Shown piece after piece: positions 39,008 to 51,400 of a DNA stretch of 64,000 bases. Both the position numbers and the translations under genes were made by a program. Where the stretch lies: assembly GCA_965235115.1 (NCBI GenBank), contig OZ249436.1, positions 38,068,001 through 38,132,000 of the forward strand, given 5' to 3'. Position 1 is the stretch's first letter. Each line of letters begins with the position of its first letter. The DNA comes from Laetmonice hystrix (lineage: Eukaryota). A model generated the notes under the pieces. The model saw only the letters and a program-made list of their open reading frames with translations. It ran no database searches and was not told where the DNA came from.

Positions 39008-42000
39008 ATGTGTATCGGCTCGTCCTACTCGCACATCTCTGAAACATACAAGAATCCAAGCCATCATGGGCTAGGCCTACGTAATTTACGGCGAAGAATT
39101 CTGCAACATCCTCCCAGAATCTTGAGCCCTTGTGGTATTTTAACCATATCCTGATAAACGGCAACTAACTCTTATACAAAGGTGGGATTGATCCAACTAT
39201 GGAGGGGTTGTTTTGGCGGTTTGGGGGGGGGGGGGGGGGGGACAGTGATACTGGTACCCTCCCTGGTAACCCAACCACCGCTAAATATTGTTGGTCATTC
39301 CTATGCTGCAGACCGTTAAAAACGTAAGACGTGTAGCAGCTGGTGCACATTAACGTAGAACGTGAAAATTACACCTCGTCGGTAGGTCGTCATGGACTGC
39401 GCCGAGTTTCAGTGACACAATGAAGATTTGCGCTAACACAAGAACTCACAATGATACATTTAATAATCGGAGATAGTCGTCCCTCAAACTTTGATCTGGG
39501 GTTTCTATGAAAATATGTGATGTGTTTGATCACGCTAGCTACTGCCCGATATACAGTTTCAATCTTTATGTACTCTGTGACCACACAGACCGGTGTGGTG
39601 TATAGAAAACACGTCCATGCAGTTATTCTGGCCGGTAATACCCTCGATAACTGAAGGTTATAATTATAACAACACACCATTTGACAGAAATCCTTAATAT
39701 ACCCTAATAGCTCGGGAACCCTCAAAGGTGGGGGGTAGTGATTTCTTCCACTCAATCGAGCCTGGTATTAAAACAATAAATGATCTGTACACTACCAAGT
39801 CATGGAGTGATGCTACTTATTAAATCACACTTCAACATATTATCATTCTTTGGTCAAATCTGATTAATATTCCGAATCAACGCTTATGATCACATTTATA
39901 AGGTAACGCTGGGAAAAGAAAATTATATTAATGACCTCATGGGTACAATGGAAACCTACTATCGTTTCACGATTTCGAATAGCAAAATGTCTGGCCTTAA
40001 CCCTCGGCGCTCGTATTTAGAATGCGCTATCCCAGCATACTGTAGCTTCATCGCGAAGACGTCAATACCTTTCACCTCTGACGATGGCTGAGAGCATTTG
40101 GCCTCTGACAGCGGCTTGACCAGGTTCTGATCAAATATACTATTTCACACTCAGGATCCCCACAATACTCGTTTGTTCTGACTTCAAACCAAAAGAGGTA
40201 ACTACGAAATATGTGGCTCTAGCACAGTACGATTCCCATGCCAGGAAGAGGTCTAGGCGGGGGCGTGTGATTAGCGACCGACTGGGAATCGTAGTGTGTG
40301 GTGGGCTTTAGAATCATACGTTGTCATTTAAGCTACATTTCTTCAACTTAACATTGATCACTTTAGTGAAGAAAAAAGGTCCTTATATCTTGACAGTATC
40401 AAGAGGCGGCACAATTTCCTTCTTCTCAACTCTGGCCTGTCAAATTTGTGTAATACAGTGTGCTTTGATATGTGGCTGTTATTTATCACAGCTGTTTGGG
40501 GAAGTAATAATAACCAGGGAAATACTCTGCCGTTTAATACTGTCCATTACAACCAACAGACCAGCAGTAGGACATTAACACAGGTCGGTTATGTCCTCAC
40601 CATTCTAAAGGTACTTGATGGAAACCTCTCTGATAGAACTAATATATACCAAAGTGATGTCACAAACGGGTCTTACCCCTGGTGAACCGACAACAACCTA
40701 CAAAACACGTGTTCATCTCAAGAGATTCAAATTTTATCTGGCCTAGGGCCTACATCATGGACTTATCCTGACCATCAGAAGTAAAATATCTGACAGGTAT
40801 CTGGAAGTAAACTCAGAAAAGAGACTGCGTGTGCTGTACTTGACCTAATCACATGAACAACAAATATGTCACCTCAAGATGAGTTAATTGAACTCCTTAT
40901 TTAAGAAATAACTCAGACAACCAGTTACTAACTCAGTTACCATGATCTCAAATTACCCGGTAGACGTCTACCAGATTTCTGATCGCAAAGCTTTCATAAC
41001 ATGCATTTCTGACTCTGTGAAAACCTGGGTTACCACAGATAAATGAACAAATACATCTCAGACAAATCGCCTCTCATTATCAATTATAGATCAATATATC
41101 CTACATGTAAGATGGATCAGGTTAGTCTGTGTTACGAAGACATAATTGAGGTGAAAGTAAATCATAAATAAGCTGTATTCGACTTTATGCTAGCCCCTCT
41201 GTCCCGTAAGCCCGGATACTAAGACAATATGTTCAGTAGAACTGCCGCACATCCTAGATCAGTTGAGAAAGACTGACCGACAGCGGGATCAGATGGACTC
41301 CCGTTTTATCTACCTCTCCTGCTCATATGCACCGGTAGAATCACTGAGATGGAAAACAGTTTCCAACTGTTTGATGACTAAGAGTAGTAAGACCTCCAGG
41401 AATACAAGACCTCCAGGAATACAAGGAATACAGTTAACAACCCCACCCTACCCCAGCCCAGGAACGGTAGGTTTGTATCTGGGGCTCCCTGGGAGGTCAC
41501 ACATCCACACACCTTGCTGCGTCTACCCGCACTGATTAAAAATAAATACTATATATACCAACTGTCTCTTTATCCTCTGTACATCCATGACTTCCCAAGC
41601 ACTTGTATAAAATATAAATATAACCTACGGACCACCATGTCCTGGATATCTCTAAATCAATGTCCGCATAATGGCAAAATGAGACGTAGCCAGAGACTTT
41701 CTGATGTACATTGTTTTCAATAATTTCCCCTCATAGCTGCATCACGAGTTTGACAAAGAATGCCTACTCGGGTAAATCTGAATACACAGTCGTGTTTGCA
41801 GTTGTTGGCTGCTTGTGTAGACTACAGTCATCTGGAGCTTGGTCACAGCGATTAGCCATGGCATTGTGGCATAGCACCCATCCATATACATGTTATGAGG
41901 GGTAGTCCCCCTGTAACTCAGACTCCCTTACCATCCAGCCCGTAATAAACATGAACTCATTTGTTACATTGTGGTTGGTATGACTGGCAGCCTCCGTGGC

Positions 42001-42456
42001 CATCTTACTACTAGATCTCTAAATATGGTCAGATTGGTGATTAAATGAAATAATGCAAAACTTACTTGTGGGCAGCCCAGAACCTCAACACACCGAGTAT
42101 AACAGCATTCAACTCCAAGTCAACAGGTACTGAATGTAGTGATATAAAACAGGGATTCCCTTGACAACGACAGTATGCTAGTAATGTACTGAAGACAAGA
42201 GACATGTATCCTAAGACATATCCTATTGTAGCTTACCAATAGAGGCCATGTTCGCAATGTGACAACTACAAGCAGCACATGATGACATACGATATGACTT
42301 GACGTCATGCACAAATTACCTCCCCCCCGTTACCCACTTCAACCCACACCAATCCCTTGATGTGTAATGATACCATATTGTAAATATCTTCCCCGGCTGA
42401 AGGTTCCTGGAATGTCTGCCCCTTGCCACCTGTGTGGCCAGTGGACCGACTGGCCT

Positions 42457-45400
42457 TCAGCGCTTGAGGAGCTGTTTACGCTGCTGTTCGAGCAGTCCTT
42501 CGAGGTGATCGGCCCGCTTGAGTGCTGCCTGGTACTGGCCCTTTAGTTGGTTCACTACCTCCTCCTTCCTGACCATGGCCTGCTTCACCCTGGAACGACA
42601 TAATCATCCACGTCACTCGAGTACCAACAAGTACACATCAAACAGACAAACACCGGGTGAATCATAACTTTACACTGGAACGACATAATCATCCACGTCA
42701 CTCGAGTACCAACAAGTACACATCAAACAGACAAACACCGGGTGAATCATAACTTTACACTGGACGACATAATCATCCACGTCACTCGAGTACCAACAAG
42801 TACACATCAAACAGACAAACACCAGGTGAATCATAACTCGAGAACTGGTACACATCAAACACACCATCCAGGTAAACACCAGGTTAATCATAACTTCACC
42901 CTGGAACGACATAATCATCCACATCACTTGAGTACCAACAAGTACACATCAAACAGACAAACACCAGGTGAATCATAACTCGAGTACTGGTACACATCAA
43001 ACACACCATCCAGGTAAACACTGGGTGAATTATAACATCACCCTGGAACGACATAATCATCCACGTCACTCGAGTACCAACAAGTACACATCAAACAGAC
43101 AAACACCAGGTGAATCATAACTTCACCCTGGAACGACATAATCATCCACATCACTTGAGTACCAACAAGTACACATCAAACAGACAAACACTGGGTGAAT
43201 CATAACTTCACCCTGGAACGACATAATCATCCACGTCACTCGAGTAGCAACAAGTACACATCAAACAGACAAATACCAGGTGAATCATAACTCGAGTACT
43301 GGTACACATCAAACACACCATCCAGGTAAACACCAGGTTAATCATAACTTCACCCTGGAACGACATAATCATCCACGTCACTCGAGTACCGGTATACATC
43401 AAACACATCATCCAAGTAAACACCTGGTGAATTATAACTTCACCCTGGAACGACATAATCATCCATGTCACTCGAGTACCAACAAGTACACATCAAACAG
43501 ACAAACACTGGGTGAATCATAACTTCACCCTGGAACGACATAATCATCCATGTCACTCGAGTACCAACAAGTACACATCAAACAGACAAACACCAGGTGA
43601 ATCATAACTCGAGTACTGGTACACATCAAACACACCATCCAGGTAAACACTGGGTGAATTATAACTTCACCCTGTAACGACATGATGATCCACGTCACTC
43701 GAGTACCAACAAATACACATCAAACAGATAAACACCAGGTGAATCATAACTTCACCCTGGAACGACATAATCATCCACGTCACTCGAGTAGCAACAAGTA
43801 CACATCAAACAGACAAATACCAGGTGAATCATAACTTCACCCTGGAACGACATAATCATCCACATCACTTGAGTACCAACAAGTACACATCAAACAGACA
43901 AACACCAGGTGAATCATAACTTCACCCTGGAACGACATAATCATCCACGTCACTCGAGTAGCAACAAGTACACATCAAACAGACAAATACCAGGTGAATC
44001 ATAACTTCACCCAGGAACAACATAATCATTCACATGACTCGAGTACTGGTACTGTCGGTACATGTCAAACACACCATCTAGGTAAACACCTGGGCCCGGT
44101 TTCTCGAAACATCTCAAGGCGTACTTAAGTACCTTATGCTCAAATTGAGCACGGAGGCGTTTCTCGAAACTTTTTCACGTACTTAAGCATGTGCTCAACG
44201 GCCTGATTCTGAGCATGCTACCATAGCATGCTCAACTCTGAGCACCATCATCTAAAATTAAAATTAACTCATCTTCCACACTCCAGTTAGCAGCCCTCTT
44301 CCTTCCTTTCCTAACTTTGCCCTTCATGAGTGTCTTTGTGAAATAATAATGCGAAAAAACGACCGCAAAAGTCGGCAGGAACATTTGCAAGTCGTGTTTA
44401 AAAATACGCGCCAGCAGACAATCGCTCAAACAACTTGACACACTTATTGTTATTGTGACGTAATCTATTGTCACCAGTGACGTCTTCATTGTCGTCAGTG
44501 ACGTCGTTCATTGTCATCAGTGACGTAATAGAATCTTGCATTGTCTAGAGTTGAGAACGGGTTCTCAAGCCTGAGATGCTTGGAGAAACGGCTAAGAACC
44601 GCTGAGTACGCCATTGAGCACGCCAGTTGAGCATACGTTCTCAAAAATCCTTGAGATGTTTCGAGAAACCGGGCCCAGGTGAATTATAACTTCACCCTGG
44701 AATAACATGATTATCCACGTCACTCGAGTACTGGTACACATCAAACACACCATCTAGTTAAATACTCTGTGAATTATAACTTCACCCTGAAACGACATAA
44801 TCATCCATGTCACTCGAGTACTGGTACATGTCAAACACACCATCCAGGTAAACACCGGGTGAATTATAACTTCACCCTGGAATGACATAATCATCCATGT
44901 CACTCAAGTACTGGTACACATCAAACACACCATCCAGGTAAACACCGGGTGAATTATAACTTCAACCTGTAACAACATAGGATTCACACATATTACTTGA
45001 GGACTGGCACCAACTGGACAAACACCAGATTGATTAAAACGTCACTCTAGAGGCCCGTTGATACCTTATTCTATGCGAATGGGCGCAGTAATCTTGGGGC
45101 CGGGGTACGGCTCTCCTATTTTTTCCTTCGGGACATTCTGGAAGTTGTTTGGGTAACCTACACCTGGGGACCGTTTCATCAAAAACTCGTATTTTATGAG
45201 CTCGTATTTTCCATAGATCATAATAGCATAATGTACGAGTTTTTTCTCGTTTATGAGCTATAAGGCCATTCATATACAAGCTTGAACAGTCTTAGTGAAA
45301 CGAGCCCCCGATACCTGAATCCTTCTATTTACCCTTAAAAAATCACACATCACTCAATTCTTCTATTTCTTCTGAAAAAAATCTTGCATCAAACAAACCA

Positions 45401-48400
45401 TCCAGTCAAACACCAGTAGTAATATAACGTCTTCCTGTAACCAATCACACACTGCCATCTAAAATATGCATCGTCACCATGCCATGTTTATACACGTATT
45501 TGTTATAATTGATCCCTCACCGTTTATGTACTTCCTCCATTTCCTGTTCCTTTGTCTGGGTGACCTCCTCGACCTTGGTCTTGGCACCCTGGAGTTCAAT
45601 CTTGTGCTGCGCTTTCAGTTCAGCCATCTGGTTCTTCACTCGTCGGTTTTCCTCGTCAGTCAGTGCCAGGCGGTCAGCAAACTCCTGACGAATGACCTCG
45701 GACACACGGTCACGTTCTTCATTCAGTTTGTCCAACAGCTGTCGTTTATCATAAACACATCACATTATCACACTATGTCCGTTGACCTTATCTTAGGATG
45801 CAAGATAAATGTCTAGGTTCAAGTAATTATTTTGTCTAGTAAAAAGGACACCCAAAGCTGGGGGGTGTTTCAATAGTGAATAAGTGTGTCGGACTGTCCA
45901 ACTGGCGACGGATCATTCTGGAACATACAAACAAAATGGGAGGGATGGTCCATCGCTCGGTCGGAAGGTCTGACGCGCTTATTGAAACACCCTTCTGATC
46001 TCTTCCCATCTCCAATGAATGTGTTAGAATATTAACTGTAAATTGCTATTTACCCTTTTTATTTCTGCCACTTCTCTGTCTTTCTGTTTTAAGGTCACTT
46101 TCCTACGTTCATTTTCTCCTTCCATTTCAGCAAGTTTTGCCTGGAAGAACATCAAAGAATGGTTATAATGACATGACATGGATTTGCTTTGTAAAAAATC
46201 ACAAAATCCCTGTAACACCAGTAGGATTTGTCATCAGTGATGTATCTGAACGTTTACTTTATACATGTCAATTGTTGCGATGACATTATGATATTCAAAA
46301 ATATAATTATTTGAAAAGTCCAGGTGAAGAAATCATAGTTCACTTAATCGTCAAGCCCCCAAGACACATATATTTTTCATTTTGGGTGCGCTTCCTGCAA
46401 TCACTTCTAGTTGAACAGTATGACAGATCCCATGTCTCTGATAATAATTTTGAGAAACATTTGCAGTATGATAGATGCGAGTTCAGCCAACTCACCTTGA
46501 TCTCATTGTATTTCTGGGATGTTAGCCTCTCAGACCGTTCAAGTTCGGCAATTTCTGTCTCGTACTTGTCACGCATGCGTCTTAAAAAACAAACAAAAGT
46601 TCCACATCATGTAAAAGAAAGTTTCAGAATTATGAGGACTAAGACACTTAGACAAAGCATCTAAAGAAAACATCTTCAATCATATGCTATATTTGTAAAT
46701 AGTGATGCAATCACTTCTCGACATTTAGATAACAGGATTCGTTATTATACCAAGGTGCAGTAAGTTAGACCAAGTACCAGACAACCGTTTCCCACGGGTA
46801 TTTTAGTCTTTGTTTTTGGGACGCTTTGTTTCAGATAACAAGGTACTGACTTGATTCTGTTCTCGGCCACTCTCTCACACTCGTCCCTCGCCGCCCGGTT
46901 GTCCTCTTCCAGTCGACTGATCACCTCCTCAATCTCCATATCACGATCTTTTCTCACCTAGAGGACAGTAAGAACCGCAGGCTATTCTTGATTCCGACCA
47001 TCCATGTCCAAAAACTGATCTGGTAATTACAGATTTTACTCATGGCAGATTAGACCAAGACCACACTGAGCTATATTATCTCATTATTTGGTTTGAATCC
47101 AATTCAATATGTATTTAAAGCAATCCAGAAAAAAATCAGTGAGCCTGCTTCGCCTTACATTTTCCTTGAGGTCTCGCTCCTTGGAGAGCAGCCATGTCTC
47201 TTGTTTCTTCTTGTAGTTCTCCTCCCAAGCAGCCTTCTCAATGGCAAGTTGTTCCTTCAACTGTTGTAACTCAGTCTGCAGAGGAAACATTCAAAACGGC
47301 TCATACTATACTGAATCAAACATGTCAGTGTGCTATGCTCCTATATACTGATGTCTTACATTAAGTGTCATTGCATGGATAGACCATGCAGAGGGTGATA
47401 ACCCGGGGGTCGGCCGATTTCAATGAAATTTGGTGGACATGTGCACTTGACCAACTTATGAAAGAATGTACGCTAGCAGCCAAATCCATTCGGTTCTTTC
47501 CGAGTAAATGCCAAAAAATTATTTGGAGGTCTCTGGAGGCCATTTTCCAAGGATTTTCAAGGGGTTATTTCCTGTGGCCCTCAACAGAAAACGGTAGAAG
47601 CTACAACATTGCCCCTTTGAAAGCCACTTCCCCATCATATGGCCCACTAAATGGCAGAAAATCATAAAAATATTTCTTTAAATCTTGGAGATAGGGGGCA
47701 AAGTATTGCCCCTACCCACAACGTGGTATTATCTTAAGGCATCTTCAGGGTCCAATATCTCAACTGCGGCAGGGATCTGGATGTTGAAACTTTGTGGAAA
47801 TATTGCCAGTATCATGGTCTTTCAAAATCAGAAAGAAAAAGTTTGGGCGCTACTGCCATTTTTGAATGGTAGCCGTGGACATTATAACGATTTTACGGCA
47901 CTTTGCAGTGCTGCCCTCTAGCGTTAATGTGTAGAACTACAGGCCCCTAGCGGTAATGTGTAGATATACAGCCCCAAATAAGAAAAATCTGGTTTCAGGC
48001 CGAACAAAATGTTTATTTTTTATCTAAACCCAGTGGCGTATCCAGGGGGGGGGGTTCCAAGTATCCCGGACCCCCCCCCCCTTAAAAAATTACTATGTTA
48101 AGGACATTTTGGTAAACAAAAGGGGGTGTAAAATGCATCATTTTAACCAAAGGAAACCTTCATATTTCCACGCAAGATGTCCTGAGATTGCATTATTTGA
48201 TGCCTTTTTGTTAAATTTCCTAGAGGAGCATGGCCTAATGGCCATTTCTCAAGTACCTAAATTTCGGAAACCCCCCTTTAAAAAATTGAGGATCCGCTAC
48301 TGAAACCAGTGGCCGAAATATCACGTTTTTCAGGCTATGACGCACCAGGACAAAATCAGGGCCGATCAGGTTCCGATAGCCTAAAGCAGTACTAAAGGAG

Positions 48401-51400
48401 GTGATCGGGCGCAGTACCAGTGCCACTTCTTGTCGACGACGAAGCATAGACTCTAGCAACTCCCGATCGCCCCCCCCCCCCCCGAATTAATATCAAAAGT
48501 TATTTGATAGGCCTCCTAACCCAAATGGTAACAGGTCAACCCACACCCAGGCGACTCGCCCTGTCAACTCGCACCTCACCGCGGGCAGCCCATCGGTGGG
48601 CGGGCCTTGGCCCACTGCATCTCCCGGCGTACCGTCACTGCGTCAGCCACATGCCCGCCAGTGCCAGTGGACTAGCGGAGGCCAACGTGACTGATTCGCT
48701 TAGGGAGGCCTATCAAACCTACATCACCTCTCGTCGCCTCAACTAAATCGAATTTGACTTCAATAAAATCAATACGACCCTGACTAATTCTCAAATCGGC
48801 TTTGGATCTGCGTGGAGACAAGGGGTCAGCGGCCAAACGGGAGCTTCGTAGCCAAACAACACCTCCCGGAAGCGAACGTTCTGTTCTCCCCGTACTAGAG
48901 AGTTCCACTAATCGACCCAACACTGGCGATCCCCGAACCGGAGAATTAGAAGGCATTCAGTTCAAGAGAAAGAAAGTTACAAGTGATGAAATTCACGACA
49001 TTTATAATATTTGTCAAAGGCAAACAAAAACTCCCCCATGTATTCGGAGTGGTCGTTGTGGTGTCGGCCCTTTCGTTCAACATGCCCCCTGGCGACAGTT
49101 TCTGCCACTAGCCGTTATAGCTAAAAACCAGGGATGATCACGGCGCTCAGTAAAAAAAGTGAAAGGAGCGCCCAAACTTTTTATTGTTTTGAATGAAAGA
49201 CCTACACTTGATGTCACTTATGAGCAAAAATAATTGTCCCAATCCCTGTGGCAGTGGAGATATCACAGTGTGAAAATGGTGTACTTTTCAATATTTGGGC
49301 TCTTTAGGGGGACAGTGCAATTTTAAGGGACATAATACCTTCAATTCCAGGATTTTCAGAGAAAAACATTAATACGAGAAGATGGCATAAGACCTCTACT
49401 TTAATATCCCTATAAGTAATATGTGGTCCTTTGGCTAGGAAAGGAATGAAAAATCGACAAAATTGGCCATTTTGTAAAAAAAATCCTCCATTTTTTTAAG
49501 GGAAATGAATAGAAACGGTTAATGCCCCCTAAATCTTGAACAATGTGATTATTCGCCGAATGGCTTTACCTGCCCTAACCCTACCCCAAGACCAAACTTT
49601 GGTGCAAATTTGAGCCCAATCCGTTATCCAGTGGGTTATCACCTCCTGCAGATTTTTGCATGGTCCACTCATGCAATGACACTTAAAAGCATCAAAAATG
49701 GAGAGCGTCCAGAAATTTGATATAATTCCCAGTTTCCTGAGATGTACCCCACTACTGGTTAGCATTCAATACTGTAAACCTACACTGTGTCTCCGCTCCT
49801 GTTCTTCTCTTGCCTTCTCAAACTCTCGTTTCATTGCCTCGGCAGTGTGGCTGTGGTTATCCTCTAGCTGTCTCTGGAGTTTGTCTAACTCGGCACGTTG
49901 CCGCGCTGATGATGCGGCCAATCGCTCCTTCTCATCTTGAACCTCTGCATACAGGCGACGCCTCTGCTGCTGGTAGGCCTCCTCCTCCTGCTGCAACTGT
50001 TTCTCATACCTTCAAACAGATGGAACTAGGCTTTCAACTTCACAATATTAAACAGATGGAACCAGGTTTTCAACTCCATAATATCAAACATATGGGACCA
50101 TGCTCTCAATATCATCGTATCGAACAGCCAGAACCAGGCTTTCAATTTCATAATATAAACCAAAGCCAAGGACAGCTTTTTTACCCTAGCATAATCCTTT
50201 CTCATCTTAGCCTATAAACCTTGAGCTAGTATATATTTTGATGATCTTAGACAAAGTATACTGGTAATTTAACATAAACAAGATCCTGTCAGAGTAACAT
50301 GCCCAACTTGGTACGGTGTTAATTATCTGTGGGTCTGGGAATTATGCGTACTTTGTATTTTTGAGATACAGTTCATGTGAGAATATCTTTGATACATCAT
50401 TCACAAAGAATTCTTCATATATATGTCTTCATCCATCATTTGTAATAAGTGGTAATCTTAAAGTGTTTTATAGATATCTGGGCTTCCGCTAGCCGTTCGC
50501 CACATTCGCATTGGCGAAAGCAATAGCAAAGTGGAATATTTTTAACAAAACACACCATGTTTCCGCCACACTGGCACACTTTGAAATCCGGATATGGAAG
50601 AAATTCATACCAATATTTCTGAAACGTGCACACCTCCTCAGGTTGTATGTTTTATTTAGTTGGAGAAAAATATGGCTACACAAATTCTGATGTGGCTAAA
50701 GAATTTGGTTACCCATTTAGCCATGGTGGCTAAGGACTATTTTTGCATAGAGCAAGCCAAGGATATGAATCATCCAAAAAGGCCCTGATCTTGATTAACC
50801 TCACAAGGTCACTCCTTGTAAAGGAAAATGGTGACAAATGAAACATTATATATGACTTCCTTTCTTTCCATTATACTAAGTATATCTTGAACACTTATAT
50901 TTAATCTGAGCACAAAATAAATTGGCATGCTTGTTGCCCCTCAAGGTCACGGAAAATCACGCCAAACAAAAATTCATATCCGACATCCTATACCTACATC
51001 GTCCCTCATATGTTTCTTCTTACACCACATTTGAAAGAAATTGGCATCGTTGTCCGAGTTACTGCTCTAAATGTGTTAACATCCAAGATGGCTGCTGAGC
51101 AGCCATTTTGAATTATATACATGTAGAAAATCTAATTTGACCTGTGTGCAGGGACGGTCATTCTCAGACTGTGTCCCTGATCATTGTGTAACGTTTCAGA
51201 CAATTTGACCAATACACTTCTGAGAAATCAGACGGACATACACATGTACAGACAGATGGAGGGCCAAATTGAAGCCCCCGACCCTTTGGGTCGGGGGCTT
51301 TATTATTTTTTATACAATCAGAGTCAAGGACCACTCACGTCTGTCTTGCCAGTTCTCTCTCACGAGCACATGCCGATTCTTTCTCTTTTGCCAGCTGGTC

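Noticed and set aside
42670-43522. His/Thr-rich and Val/Met-rich repetitive ORFs
   Set aside because: These are translations of the intronic satellite and are interrupted by stops in most units.
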